Of a stretch of DNA of 64,000 nt, positions 49,061 through 63,539 are shown one piece after another. Where the stretch lies: positions 124,001 to 188,000 of the forward strand of contig NIVC01000659.1 in the NCBI GenBank assembly GCA_002269645.1. Reading direction: 5' to 3'. Source of the DNA: Macrostomum lignano. Taxonomy: Eukaryota. The notes under the pieces were generated by a model, which had not been told where the DNA came from, made no database searches, and saw only the letters and a program-made list of their open reading frames with translations. The position numbers were made by a program, and so were the translations under genes. How positions within the stretch are numbered: the first letter of the stretch is position 1; the number at the start of each line of letters is the position of its first letter.

Positions 49061-49954
49061 GGTCGGTGAAGAAAAAATGATGTAGATTCTCGAGCTACGC
49101 AATCTAGTGACGTTAAAAATTTATGTTTAAGTAGGGGACATAATGTGCCTATGGTAACAACTAAAATCAATTTAAAGAGAAGCCCCGTGTACAAGAAAAA
49201 TTAAGCAGTCACTGAAATTTTTTTTCGTCCCACTACTCCCTCGATCGTATGCTAATATTTCAATAACATTTCATGTCCTACAGGAAATTTCTGTCTTATT
49301 TAGACCACTTTGTACGTCAACAGCAAAGCCTTAACGTTAAACTTTTTTTCTTATCTAAATGTAGCTTAATGCCTGTAATAAGGCATAAGTGACATACATA
49401 GTAAGGTTCGTCCTCTAAGTTTTAATTATGTCTTGAAAATGCTCAGTATAACTTGAATTTGCGTCATCTCTAAACGTTTCATATGCAAATTGATCAGCTG
49501 GACAGGCCTTATCTGTCTAGACGTTAAAAGTCGATTCACTTGTGGTATGTGTGGCACTCGTATGTGAAGATATGCCAAAGCCACCAAATATTCTCCTACC
49601 TGTTAACCTGTTTATCGCTAAACCAGATTTTAAAGCGGTTCTCCAAATTCAACCGTGCGCATATTGTTTTTAAAAAGTTTCTTTAGAAATTGGTACCAAA
49701 ATCGATTGATCGATGGCTTTCACAGGGGACAATATTGGGTCTCTTGGTGGACGCGCCTGTCTCTTTGTGAGCACCCATGTCTCTTGGTTGGCGCCACTGT
49801 CTCTTGGTGGGCGCGCCTGTCTCATGGTGGGCGCCCGTCTCTTGGTTGGCTCTTTGTTTCCATGAGCTGTTATATACAATTTAGACGCGTTTTTCCTCAG
49901 AGTTCTATTCGCCCAGATGCAGCAGGTCTTCAATCTTGCTATTGTTAGCTACTG

Positions 49955-50168
49955 TGCTAAAGCCCCTGGTGCTAAAGCCCCTGGTGCTAAAGCCCCTGGT
50001 GCTAAAGCCCCTGGTGCTAAAGCCCCTGGTGCTAAAGCCCCTGGTGCTAAAGCCCCTGGTGCTAAAGCCACTGGTGCTAAAGCCACTGGTGCTAAAGCCA
50101 CTGGTGCTAAAGCCACTGGTGCTAAAGCCACTGGTGCTAAAGCCACTGGTGCTAAAGCCACTGGTGCT
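49955..50168. repeat. 15-bp minisatellite
   Basis: Repeated ctggtgctaaagccc/a. Confidence 0.95.
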
Positions 50169-50436
50169 ACTAAAGTCTGTTCGCATTAAAATGACACCCT
50201 AAAATGATAGAAGAGGAGAGAAGGGAGGGGAGAGAAGAGGAGAGAAGGGAGGGGAGAGAAGAGGAGAGAAGGGAGGGGAGAGAAGAGGAGAGAAGGGAGG
50301 GGAGAGAAGAGGAGAGAAGGGAGGGGAGAGAAGAGGAGAGAAGGATAGAACAGGAGACAGGAGAGAAGAGAAGAAGAGGAGAGAGGAGAGAGAAGATGGC
50401 GGAGAAGGGTGAGGAGCTGAGAGGAGAAAGGAAATT

Positions 50437-51571
50437 GGGATAGCGACATTTGCCTGCGGGACGTTTGCCAGCCGACATTTGCCTGCGGGACGTTTGCCAG
50501 CCGACGTTTGCCAGCGGGACGTTTGCCAGCCGACGTTTGCCAGCCGACGTTTGCCAGCCGACGCTTGCCAGCCGACGTTTGCCAGCCGACGTTTACCTGC
50601 GGGACGTTTGCCAGCCGACGTTTGCCTGCGGGACGTTTGCTAGCCGACGTTTGCCAGCCAACATTAAGTCAGTGAGTGAAAAATTTGATACTGAAATATT
50701 CGCAATTTAGCGGGTTGAAAAAGTTTTTTTAGTCCAACTTTTTGACGGTTGTTCGCATGTATAAAAGTTCGAAAACAAAATCTATACAAATTATGCAGTT
50801 CATCAATCTAGCATCTAGTTTCACAACAATTTTTTTGAATGTGAAAATATTATAAAGTTTACTTCTGACAGTTCTGTATCGCTTTTCCCAGTTTGAGATG
50901 TTTCATTTTTGATTTGCGAATGAAGACACGCAAATTTAAACAGGAATATCCAGCGAGCCAAGTTTTGAGCAAATAAAAGAACTGCTGAACGATAATTCTG
51001 GCTTATATATTTCCCAGTTCATTGGGAGATCCAAAAGCGATTTAATTCCAATGCAGCTTGTCAAGTGCACGCTGTCATGGCGAAACTCCGTTAAGCAGAG
51101 TTTGGCTTTTGAGTTAAGTTATAGGCGAGACTAGACCAATACCATTATGGATGTCTCAGTCTTTTCCCATTTAGCTTGTAAAAACTTAGCTTGTTTGGCC
51201 ACTGAGATGGAAAGGGCCATTCCATGGCATACATAGACACCAACTGTGACGATGGAAACTCCTATTTTGTATTTTCACCTTCCTATTTAGGCAGACAAGA
51301 GCAATAACTTCAATAAGCCTGAACAATAGTTTGTTAGTAACCCGTATATTTAATAGCAGTAGTAGGGAGCGAGCTGGAATTAGATTAGTGCAATGTCCAC
51401 AGTTTTCAAATGCAAGTACATGTAAGCCTAGAGAGGGCATACTTCTTTAACCAATTGCCGCCTGCAAATGTCCGGCAGGCAAACGTCGGCTGGCAAACGT
51501 CGGCTGGCAAACGTCCCGCAGGCAAACGTCGGCTGGCAAACGTCCCGCTGGCCAACGTCGTATGTAGACCC
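50437..51571. mobile_element. Non-autonomous DNA element with inverted subterminal arrays, inserted in a GA-rich tract
   Basis: gccagccgacgtttgcc array at 50446-50662 mirrored by ggcaaacgtcggctggc at 51457-51560; GG..CC ends; gagaaaggaaa near both flanks. Confidence 0.7.
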
Positions 51572-52041
51572 GAGAAAGGAAAAGGAGGAGGAGAGGGGAG
51601 AAGAGAGAGGAGAAGAGGAGAGAAAAGAAAAGCGCGAGAGGAGATTAGAAAAAAGGAGCTAAGAAAAGACATACATGTACATGTAAACCCGAAGGACTAG
51701 CCTACTGAAATAAATTAAGGACGAGAACTACGTTGCTTGGAAAGAAGGCAGGTTTTACTAAATAAATTGTTATAGTAATAAATGTTACCTTATATGATTG
51801 TATGCTGTAGCTATATTATTCGTTAAACTCGTCATAAAATTCATATGTTTTCTTGTCATCAAATTAATTCTCCCTTTTTGCCTATTAGAATCGTCTGAAA
51901 TATTATACTATACCTTAAAAGGTGCGCTTAATAACTACTACCTTATATATTTTGTTAAGAATTGTCCGCCATTATTGCTAAAATTACTATAAATATAAGC
52001 AAATGAATCGATAGAGAGCCCAACTTCTGTGGCCGCCTCTT

Positions 52042-52790
52042 TGTAATAGGCTTTGTCTTTCGGCCAAAATGAACAGTTGTTCTAAAAATAGATCAGTCTA
52101 TGAGTTATTCCTTTGAAGGCGCCCGCCTTTCCCCTTCCCCAAGAGGTCCTGTTCAGCTTTAAGCGTACAGTCGCCTCCCCTTCTCTTCCCTAGAAGGCAT
52201 TTGTTCAGCTATAAGCGTACAGCCTTTCTCCCTCTCCCCCAGAGAACGTACAGTCTCTTCCTGAGTAATATTTCTAACCCCTTTATCAGTTGGACAGGCG
52301 TGTGGCCTCCCTTCCCCAGATCTCTAATTAACCTGGCGATCTGCCAACTCCTCATCCAGACGCACTGTCTGCTTAGGCGCCCTGCCCTTATCTAATTCCC
52401 TATTAAAGCATATCCCTCCCATGCCAGCATTCCCTATTAGCTATTAAAATTCCCCAATAGTGCGCCCCGTTTCCCAGGCAACTCCGATCCATCGCGTAGC
52501 CCTCCCTCGGACTAGTTAAGTTAATATAGATTGTGTCTTGCCGCTCGGACACACCACGCCACCAGGAGCAACCTACGGCTTACTCCTGTTAAGTAATATA
52601 AATTGCGCAGCCCCCCCCCCCGAATTCTAAGAAAACCCCAAAAATTCCCAATAAACTTCCCACCCCCACGACCCCTATAACAGTTTTGGTAACAGCAGTG
52701 AGATTCGTAAACAGAGAGCCAGTAACCCTACAACAGATTTGGTAGCTAAGCGGTGGGATTTCAGTGAAGAGAATATAACCCTACGACAAA
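52042..52790 (+). mobile_element. LTR (52042-52682) followed by tandem PBS-like sites
   Basis: Termini tgtaatagg ... cctataaca (8/9 inverted match), AATAAA at ~52650, then tggtaacagcagtgagatt and tggtagctaagcggtgggatt. Confidence 0.65.
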
Positions 52791-53965
52791 ATAAATTACC
52801 GAGATAGGAGCTCTTCCTATTTCCTAATTTTTATTATACCTTTGATAGAAGGGGGGACCCAGTGTTCATCTTTTAATGTCCTTGTCTATCTTTTTTTTTA
52901 TACAGTACATGTGTGTGTAGCTCGACTTACTGATATTTATTATTCATGCATAAAACACTTTCGTTAAGAAAATTACGATTCTATGTTAATTTTATAACCT
53001 TAAGTAATGCCCTAATGCCTAAAATTCTTAAACAATGGCAGAACTCGACTCATTGGTTAATATTAGCCTTAGAACTTTATTTTATCCTTTATTAGCTCAA
53101 TGATACAATTAACAAAATGCATGGTGAAATAGAGGCTTTTTCAGGTTGTCTTAAATCTACATTGAAATTATTTTTATTTCGCTTTTCAGTCTTGTTGGGT
53201 TCTTAGCCACTTGTAGGTCCCGGACTGTTAGTTTCTTAATATAAATTCTCATCTCACTCTTAACAGCTATAGGCTGTATGGGAAGTCAGTACGCACAATA
53301 AAACAGCCTATCAGTCAGCAAAAACAATATAATATTAGCTTGTTGAGATTTTTATTAAAATTTTTCACACCATTTTATAATAATAGAGAGAAATTATCCG
53401 TTTTTAGGTCTTCATTTATTTAGTTTTATTATAACACGATTTCATCTTATAAAATTTAAAGCAACGTTTCGTCAGGTTCATCGTAAACGAGCACACAACT
53501 GGACACTGGACTGGACTGGACTCAATTGAATAAATGATCGACATTCTTGTAGGGAGTACGAGTACTGGAGTAGTAATTAGCTGATAGACTTTTGGCAGCT
53601 ACTATTTATTTGAATTGACTATAGAATCAACGCTAGCGTGTAGTTTTTTCTGCCTAGAACTTTTCCAGAAATTATCGCTTTTTCTACTTGACTTGAATTT
53701 AAGAGACTAGTATAATTTACTATTATTGCAGATCAGATTTATGATCAATACTTTTCCTAAACTACTCGTTGAATTCGGAAGAAAAAATCCTACGTTTTTA
53801 TTGTCTAGTTCTAGATCTAAGCATCTTCTTTCTATTAAAAAACATTTACCATTATTGACATTGTCTTCTTGCAATTCAAAGCAGTTTGTAACAACTACAA
53901 ATAGCCATCATCCCAACATATTTGGTAGGCCTAGCCTCAACCAGCACAATCAACGAAGCAAGAGA

Positions 53966-56900
53966 ATGTCTCAAGTAAGTAGAAATTGGAGGTGCTATTA
54001 AGCACTGCTATTAATATTATTATTAGGCCTAGGCAATTACAAATATTGATTTCTATTTATAGTATAAATGTAAATTGTAATGTAAGTTTGTACTTGTTAT
54101 TGGATTAAAAATTTTTACTTTTTCTTTTCCAGAATAGATGTGGTCATTTGGTGTAATATCTAGGCCCTAGGGTCTAATACCTTTTTATTTGCCCATATTC
54201 CGATCATGCCCAAAAATTATATACCCAAAGTAGGCCTATGTGCCCAAAAATTTGGGCCTGCATTGGCCCTGCATGCCAAAAGTAGGCATACATAGTTGGT
54301 GTGTATCACTCCTAAGAAAATTGTGTACATGTATACCTAGTGGCATTCCAGCATGGAATTCTTGTATCTGGCATATAAAATGGAAAATTGCAACTTTTTT
54401 TTGGCATGCAATTTCATACTGAACCAAAAGCAATTTTTACAATCTTAAACAAAATTTAGTGGCGCAATTTTTAGCATTAACAATTGTCAAAATAATGTTT
54501 TGCGATAGTCTCATACTCTCATTTTTTGACGACTCATTACAATAAATATTAGATTGATTATCTTTGTTTTTTTAAGTAGAAAATTTTAAATTTGAACAGT
54601 TCGTAAATAACGAACTATAAATGTTACATTTTTGTAGTAATTTTATATTTAATACAGTAAAGTCAGTAATTTAAACTGTGCAAAGAGTTGCCAAATAATT
54701 CACAATTTTTGTTGCATTTTTTGCAGCCTGTATAGGTGCGCAATTTTTTTTGTGTTGCGCAATTTTTCGCAATTTTTTTCCCGAATGCAAAAATGCGTTG
54801 CAATTTTTGTGCAAGAATTCCTTCCTGGGTGGCATGCACTTCATAAAATCAGGCAGAAGAATTATTGTAAAGTAGAAAAAAAGTTCATTTTAATTTTAGG
54901 TGGTAAGCAAATAAATTTTAAGCTTTCTAGAAATATTTTTAAGCTTGTAACAAAGCATTTAAACAAATCTCTGCATGTATCAATTTTTTACTGTAAATAG
55001 TATCATCAAAAAAGCAGAGAAATATACCAAGTTATATGCCAAAAAAGGTCTATTATGCAATTCAAAAAAGTCATTTATTGTCACAACATAGGCATATTTT
55101 TGAAAATGGGCATGTACTCATTTTTTTGGTATGCATTTGTAATTATTCATTTTTTGTTTGAGCATATACCCAGCATGATTTGGACTATGGTTATCTACTA
55201 GTAAAGAGTGGTGATCAGTCACTCAAAAACTCCCACTTCTAGACACTGGCATACATGCGCAACTGCTGGCCGACCTGGCCGATCTGGCCACCGTAAATTG
55301 TGGTGGACCAGGGGTAAGTCGCAAAAATGCCACCCCAAAGAATACGGACATAGTACTAATTATATGCTGAGGCATTTAAGCCTGATAAGACGGTCATAGT
55401 TACTCCTGCCGTTTACCCAAATAAGCGTTTATTTTGCTTTAGGGTTTCTTTCACAGGTAAGTCGCATTTTTGGTCAAAAAGTAAGTCGCATGGCCAGTGT
55501 AAATCAGGGGGGTTGCGCATGTATGGACACTGGGGAACAAGTGCCTAGGTATTTTCCAGTTCAAATAACTTATTGCAGCAGATCCTCTTGGGGTCGGCAG
55601 CCAGTGGAGTCCTGTGGCTAGCAAGCTTGCTGAGCGGTTATGGCGACTAGTTCCGGTGAACAACTGTTGTTCCTTGGTATCCTTAACTTTATCTGTGGGT
55701 TGACCAGAATGAGAGTGAATCAGAATTCTTGATGGTCCTCGAGCTCAGAATTCACAATAGAATATGCATGTGCGCCCTTATGAACAATTGAATTCTCTAA
55801 CTATCTATAATAGGTCCTCCTGAAGGGCATCTTCTTTGTTATGTCCAAAATGTAATGGATAACTCAATTAACTCAATAAATCCTCTAGGAATATCCTAGG
55901 AAACAAGGAGGCCTTTCTCAAATGTATCGACAATGAACTGCTCTTGTATAACTCAATTATTTAACTTAATAATGTTAACAATCAAATAACTGAATCTAGT
56001 AAATGCTTACCAATCGAACAAGTGTGGTTCCTCAGAGATTGGTCTTTTTCTTGTTTCTTCGGAGTCTTCTTAGAGACCGCTCTGAGCCTGAATTTTTGAC
56101 TCAAATTTTTACTTATATTTATAGCAAAATTTTGGAGAAAAACTGGTTTGGGATTGGGTATTTACTTAGGTCATAAATGTTTGATTAAGCGGTCATGCAT
56201 GTTTGAGCATTACCATATATGGGGTTAAGCAAATATAGCTGTTGGAATCTGGTTCCTTGATCAAACAATGTAGGGTTCTAAATCATTCTGTTTGTGCGTG
56301 ATTCCTAAAATAGATGACTTATTTTTTAAAAGAAATTGACTTCCTTAGAATATTACTTTAAGTAGAGCATTACAGTATGGTTTAATAACTCTCTACACTA
56401 GCAGACAAAATGACTTCGAAGAAAAAAAATTTTCATAGTTATAGGCCTATATATTATAAAAGTTTTTTTTATATTAAGATAATATAATTAAAAAAATAGG
56501 CACTTATTATTTAGGCTTCCAGTCAATCTGTAGAAGTGGTTTTTGTTTCTAAGAAATACTTGTTTTAAAATGTTACGCGAAAATTCTATTTTTGTTTTAC
56601 TTTGCAAAATATTCTCAAATATTCTATGTTTGTTTAAATATACACAAAAGAAATAGTATAAATAGGAGTGAAGTTTAGGGAAGTAGGATTCAACTTGCTC
56701 TCACAAATTAAATCTTTTACAGCTTGTTCAATACTTATTCTCAGATCATTGCTTATTTTAAAGAGGTATTGAGAGTTGGGAATCAGGGATTCATGCAAAG
56801 AAAGTACTAAGAGAGTGATCGCTGTGACCCTCTAATCTTGGTAACGCCCAGACTGGAGAAAGAGAGAGAAGTACATATACCAGTAAGACCGCTCAGGCCA

Positions 56901-59900
56901 TATACTAAGAACGCTACCAGACTAATACATAAGACTGCTCAGGCCATATACTAAGAACGCTACCAGACTAATACATAAGACCGCTCAGGCCATATACTAA
57001 GAACGCTACCAGACTAATACATAAGACGCTACCAGACCATATACTAAGAACGCTACCAGAATATACTAAAAACACTACCAGAATATACTAAGAACGCTAC
57101 CCAGAAGATATATGAAATTCTAAGAAACAGTTAGAAATACTAAAGGCAGAATTTAGTATCAGCAGTATAAATTCTAGACAGAGGAATAACGCCTGTCACA
57201 GCTGGTGGCAAATCGGTGGGATTAAAATTGATAAAGTAAGAGGTGAAAGGCCTGTCACAGCTGGTGGCAATAGTGGGATAGTTGGAGGACAGAAGTAAGC
57301 CCTACGACAAATCTAGCAACAGACAATCTGACAACAGTCAAAGTGGCTACAGATAATCTGGCAACAATTTATTTTGTAGATTTTACAGATTTTAGGACTG
57401 CATCTAATGCTTTATAATTGTATATAGTGCTCTTGTTCTCATCTAAGATGCGTCAATCCTAATGTAAGTTACTGTAGTAATTAAATTAAATTAAATTAAT
57501 TTTAATTTTAATTTTAATTAAATAAAATGTTATTTTCTGAGTTGTTTATTACAAAATATAAATACTTTAATGTGTAGATGTCCTATAAATTAGACCTCAT
57601 TTATATTTATATATTCATTGCTGCATGTGAACTATACAAATATAAAGCTTTTAAGCAACTAATTGTCAAGATTCTATTTCCTTGTAACAATACTCAAGAA
57701 TTGAAAAACCCAAAAATTGCTGGTTACATTGCAACTTCCATGCATTTGCTATGCTAAAAATGCATAGGAGAATGCAACATATAGTTGTAACCATTCCATT
57801 TAATATAACAAATTCAGAGTAGAGAAATGTTTGCAGAATTCAATATAAATAAAAAGAATAATAGTACATAGCTCTAATAATCTATATAAATGCTAAATCA
57901 TTGAGTTTTTAGCTTTTATTCATATTACACCAATTGTTGCCAGATTGACTATTACCAAATTGATTGTAGCCGGATTGTCTGTTTCCAGATTGTCTTGTTG
58001 CCACATTGACTGGATACCATTATTTGCATGGTACCTTGTAAATATTGCTGTTTCTTTTATAATATTCCTTTGATATTACTTTGCACAATTAATAGTTAAT
58101 AGCTAAATAAACACATATAAATCATGCCTTATTCATTTATTCTATTTAGTTTTAACTCATTATTAGAGTATAAGATAAGTATTTATCAGGTAATTTTTTT
58201 AGCTACTTTATAGATAGTGCTAGTACTATTTACAATTATAAACCATTTTGGTAATAGCCACTTTGATAATTGCTATTTCAGTAACAAAGTAGACTTATAA
58301 TTTTCAGTAGTATATATAATAATTGACTTTAATACCTATGAGATTAATAATTAACATGTCAAATATTTTATCATTAAATATAGTTTAATTTTCTAGTTTA
58401 ACTATATTATAATTTATTTAAACTGGCACAGATCAGTAAAAAAGAAAATAGATGCATTCTAAGATCAGAATATAGTTTTACTATATAACTATAGTTAAAA
58501 CTATATAACTATAGTTTATTGTTTGAAAAACATGTCACAAAAGGGAATATTGAAACTTGTAATAATTGTAATTGTACTAAAAAACACAATTTGTATCTTT
58601 TACATAGATTTAGCAAATCTGAAAATTGAAATAGATCAAATAATACCTATATACCAACAATTTGAACACTATGTTTCTGCATAGTCAGCATAGATATAAA
58701 CTTCACAAAGTGTGGGCCCTAAGAGAATATATCTCAATGATTTCTTTCTAGTCTATTTCACAAAAGTTCATTAGCATTTCATTCTTCAAAGCATATCAAA
58801 TTATATACTGTTAATTCTCCTTTGTTACTAAGTGGCTATTACTAAAGTAGACTATTATCCTATTTATATGGTATTGGGCAAATAACACTGGCAATATTTA
58901 AATGGTATTGTGCTAGTAGCAAGTAACAAAAAATATAATAATATAGTTTTAGTTATAGTGGTTACATTAATGCCTTCCCTGAAAACCCTGCGCCCATTGT
59001 TCAGCAGAAACGAGCAGCTGGCAGCGGCGACAAGACGGCCTCTGGGCCCGCCAGATCTGGGCTGAATCCCTGGCCCGAGTACATTGCCGAGCGGGAGAAG
59101 GTCTGGTCCAGATGCAAAGCGGCTTACGAAGAATTTGTTGCTAAGCAGCCGCGCGAATCAATTCGAATCACGCTGCCGGATGGCACCGTGAAGGAGGGCG
59201 TCAGCTGGGAGACCTCGCCGATGCAGATTGCCAAAAGCATCAGCCAGGGCCTTGCGGAGTCCGCTGTCATCGCCAAGGTCAACGGCACCCTGTGGGATCT
59301 GGACCGGCCGCTGGAGGGCGACTGCAATCTGGAGGTGCTCAAATTCGACTCCGACGATGGGCGCTACGTATTCTGGCACTCGTCAGCTCATATTCTCGGT
59401 GAGGGAGGGTATTGTATTGGCGAATATCCATTCATTGCTCCTCAGTTGCTGGGCTAGCTTCCCAGATCCTCATTTGCTGGGCTAGCTTCCCAGATCCTCA
59501 GTTGCTGAGCCAGCCTCCCAGATCCTCAGTTGCCGGGCCAGCCTCCCAGATCCTCAGTTGCTGGGCCAGCTTCCCAGATCCTCAGTTGCTGAGCCAGCCT
59601 CCCAGATCCCCAGTTGCTGAGCCAGCCTCCCAGATCCTCAGTTGCTGAGCCAGCCTCCCAGATCCTCAGTTGCTGGGCCAGCCTCCCAGAGTGTCAGTTG
59701 CTGGGCCAGCCTCCCAGATCCTCAGTTGCTGGGCCAGCCTCCCAGAGTGTCAGTTGCTGGGCCAGCCTCCCAGTTCCTCAGTTGCTGGGCCAGCCTCCCA
59801 GATCCTTAGTTGCTGGGCTAGCGTCCCGGAGTGTCAGTTGCTGGGCCACCAGCCTCCCAGATCCTCAGTTTCTGGGCCAGCCTCCCAGATCCTCAGTTGC

Positions 59901-62900
59901 TGGGCCAGCCTCCCAGAGTGTCAGTTGCTGGGCCAGCCTCCCAGTTCCTCAGTTGCGGGGCCAGCCTCCCAGATCCTCAGTTGCTGGGTCAGCCTTTCAG
60001 ATCCTCAGTTGCTGAGCCAGCCTCCCAGATCCTCAGTTGCTGAGCCAGCCTCCCAGATCCTCAGTTGCTGAGCCAGCCTCCCAGATCCTCAGTTGCTGGG
60101 CCAGCCTCCCAGAGTGTCAGTTGCTGGGCCAGCCTCCCAGTTCCTCAGTTGCTGGGCCAGCCTTCCAGATCCTCAGTTTCTGGGCCAGCCTCCCAGATCC
60201 TTAGTTGCTGGGCCAGCCTCCCAGATCTTCAGTTGCTGGGTTAGCGTCCCGGAGTGTCAGTTGCTGGGCCACCAGCCTCCCAGATCCTCAGTTTCTGGGC
60301 CAGCCTCCCAGAGTGTCAGTTGCTGGGCCAGCCTCCCAGATCCTCAGTTGCTGGGCCAGCCTCCCAGAGTGTCAGTTGCTGGGCCAGCCTCCCAGATCCT
60401 CAGTTGCGGGGCCAGCCTCCCAGACCCTCAGTTGCTGGGCCAGCCTCCCAGATCCTCAGTTGCGGGGCCAGCCTCCCAGACCCTCAGTTGCTGGGCCAGC
60501 CTCCCAGATCCTCAGTTGCGGGGCCAGCCTCCCAGACCCTCAGTTGCTGGGCCAGCCTCCCAGATCCTCAGTTGCGGGTCCAGCCTCCCAGATCCTCAGT
60601 TGCGGGGCCAGCCTCCCATATCCTTAGCTGCGGGCTAATAGTTTAGTTTTTAGCCAAATTGCAGATAAAAGTTTAAGCGATTCAGCCTCCCCGTGACTGC
60701 CGAATTCAAACTCCATCGCAGGCGAGGCCATGGAGCGCACATTCGGCGGCTGCCTCTGCTACGGCCCGCCAGTAGATGACGGCTTCTATTACGACATGCA
60801 CATTGCCGAGGACACCGTGTCGCAGGAGGACTTCCCGCCGTTAGACAATCTGTGCAAAAAGATTGTCAAAGAGAAGCAGCCGTTCGAACGATTGGAGATG
60901 AGCAAAGCGGACCTGCTGGAGATGTTCAAATATAACGAGTTTAAGCAGCGGATTATCAATACTAAAATTGACACGCCTACAACTACGGTGTACAAGTGCG
61001 GCCCTTTGATTGACCTGTGCCGCGGCCCGCACGTGCCCCACACTGGCCGAATCAAAGCCATGATGGTCACTAGGAACTCGTCTGCCTATTGGGAGGGCAA
61101 GGTGAGGGAGTTATTAGTGCAGTATTCGTGCCCCAGCTACATTAGAGTTATTAGTGCATGGTAGTTTCCTAGTACAATCTCACCTGTGAGATTTTTTGTA
61201 GCTGCAGTCTCAGGGTGAGTTTTATTGTAGGAGATGCAATCTCAGGGTGAGATTTTTCGTGGGAGATACAATCTCAGGGTAAGATTATTGTAGGAGATGC
61301 AATCTCAGGGTGAGATTTATTGTAGGAGATGCAATCTCAGGGTGAGATTTATTGTAGGAGATGCAATCTCAGGGTGAGATTTATTGTAGGAGATGCAATC
61401 TCAGGGTGAGATTATTGTATTAGAAGCAATCTCATGGTGAGATTTTTAGAGCAGATTATTATTCAGTAATAATCTCACTAACAGGCGGATGCGGAGAGTT
61501 TGCAACGCGTCTACGGAATCTCTTTCCCGGACCCGAAGCAGCTGAAAGAATGGAAGACGATCCAGGAGGAAGCTGCTAAACGCGATCACAGGTATTGGAT
61601 AACTAATTAGCTGACGAGGCTAAACATGCTATAGTTACTCTCGCCTTTTACCCGTGTACTGTCTAATATTGCAGGCGTCTTGGCAAAGAGCAGCGTCTAT
61701 TCTTCTTTCACGAGCTTAGTCCCGGCTCTTGCTTCTTTTATCCGCGCGGCGCCCACATTTACAACACTCTCGTTGCTTTCATTCGCGAAGAGTATTGGAA
61801 GCGCGGCTTCAGCGAAGTGATCACGCCAAATATTTACAATGCCAAGCTATGGGAGACGTCCGGCCACTGGCAGCATTATTCCGACAATATGTTCAAGATC
61901 GAAATCGAGAAGGAGACTTACGGATTGAAGCCCATGAACTGTCCCGGCCACTGCGTCATGTTTGGCAGCGAACTGCGGAGCTATAAGGAGCTGCCTATTC
62001 GGTGTGTTTGCTGAGATCTTCTTTTAATAGAAAAATTGCTTTTGCTGGATTGCCCAGCTACCCCAATAGAATCGCCCCAGCTACCCTAAAAGAATCAACC
62101 CATAGACAATCGCCCTGAACTACCCATAGACAATCGCCCTGAACTACCCATAGACAATCGCCCTGAACTACCCATAGACAATCGCCCTGAACTACCCATA
62201 GACAATCGCCCTGAACTACCCATAGACAATCGCCCTGAACTACCCATAGACAATCGCCTTGAACTACCCATAGACAATCGCCCTGAACTACTTACTCATA
62301 GACAGTCGCCCTGAACTACCCATAGACAGTCGCCCTGAACTACCCATAGACAATCGCCCTGAACTACCCATAGACAATCGCCTTGAACTACCCATAGACA
62401 ATCGCCCTGAACTACTTACTCATAGACAGTCGCCCTGAACTACCCATAGACAGTCGCCCTGAACTACCCATAGACAATGGCCCTGAACTACCCTGTCTAC
62501 GCATAGACAATCGCCCTGAACTATCCATAGATAATCGCCCTGAACTATCCATAGATAATCGCCCTGAACTACCCAAAGACAATCGCCCTGAACTACCCAC
62601 AGACAGTCGCCCTGAACTACCCATAGACAATCGCCCTGAACTACCCATAGACAATCGCTCTGAACTACCCATGGACAATCGCCCTGAACTACCCATACGC
62701 TCGTAGACAATCGCCCTGAACTACCCATGGACAATCGCCCTGAACTACCCATGGACAATCGCCCTGAACTACCCATAGACAATCGCCCTGAACTACCCAT
62801 GGACAATCGCCCTGAACTACCCATAGACAATCGCCCTGAACTACCCATAGACAATCGCCCTGAACTACCCATGGACAATCGCCCTGAACTACCCATGGAC

Positions 62901-63468
62901 AATCGCCCTGAAACCTATGCATCACCTAGAATATTTTCCCTGAAGTTTTGATCGGCCCTCAAATCATAAATAATCTTTCCCCTCCCTTTCCCTTGATCAC
63001 GTGATCCCGTTCAGCTACGCGGACTTTGGCGTCCTGCACCGCAACGAGCTGTCCGGCGCACTCAGCGGCCTCACCCGGGTGCGCCGCTTTCAACAGGACG
63101 ATGCGCACATCTTCTGCCGCGAAGACCAGATCCGCGACGAGATTGGCGGCTGTCTGGACTTCCTACGACACGTCTACGGAATATTCGGCTTCACCTTTAA
63201 ACTGGAGCTGAGCACCCGGCCTGAGCAGTATCTTGGCGAAGTTGAACTCTGGGATCGGGCTGAGAAACAGCTGTCTGAATCGCTAAACGCATCCGGTCTG
63301 GAATGGAAGCTCAACCCGGGCGATGGCGCTTTCTATGGGCCCAAGATTGATATTGGCATTCAGGACGCGTTGAAACGCTGGCACCAGTGCGCCACAATAC
63401 AGCTGGACTTCCAGCTGCCGCAGCGGTTCGATCTGCACTATCAGTCAGAGTCTGATGATACTGACGCT
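53966..63468 (+). CDS. TARS1: Cytosolic threonyl-tRNA synthetase, 3'-incomplete. Exons 53966-53974 (tentative), 59005/59008-59398, 60722-61101, 61485-61591, 61675-62001, 63015-63468
   Basis: [11 protein letters not shown] domain ([33 protein letters not shown]), [10 protein letters not shown]|[18 protein letters not shown]|[79 protein letters not shown]. All junctions are phase-compatible. Confidence 0.96.
56823..57310 (+). mobile_element. LTR (TGTGAC...GTCACA, 56823-57200) with duplicated LTR-end plus PBS units
   Basis: cctgtcaca-gc-tggtggcaaatcggtgggatt (57200) repeated as cctgtcaca-gc-tggtggcaatagtgggata (57259). Confidence 0.65.
57310..58018. mobile_element. Decayed element with inverted subterminal arrays
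   Basis: gacaatctggcaacaa-like array on the left, ttgttgccagattg-like array on the right, ending ggatacc. Confidence 0.5.
59440..60640. repeat. 28-bp intronic minisatellite (TARS)
   Basis: Repeated cagatcctcagttgctgggccagcctcc. Confidence 0.95.
61180..61450. repeat. ~32-bp intronic minisatellite with an internal hairpin (TARS)
   Basis: Repeated gtaggagatgcaatctcagggtgagatttatt; contains aatctca-ggg-tgagatt. Confidence 0.88.
62095..62915. repeat. 24-bp intronic minisatellite (TARS)
   Basis: Repeated ccatagacaatcgccctgaactac. Confidence 0.95.
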
Positions 63469-63539
63469 GTGAGTGCTATAGTGCTGTATAGGTGTGTGCA
63501 GACAGTGGTTCTAGCATTGCTAACTCACTGTGTATATCC

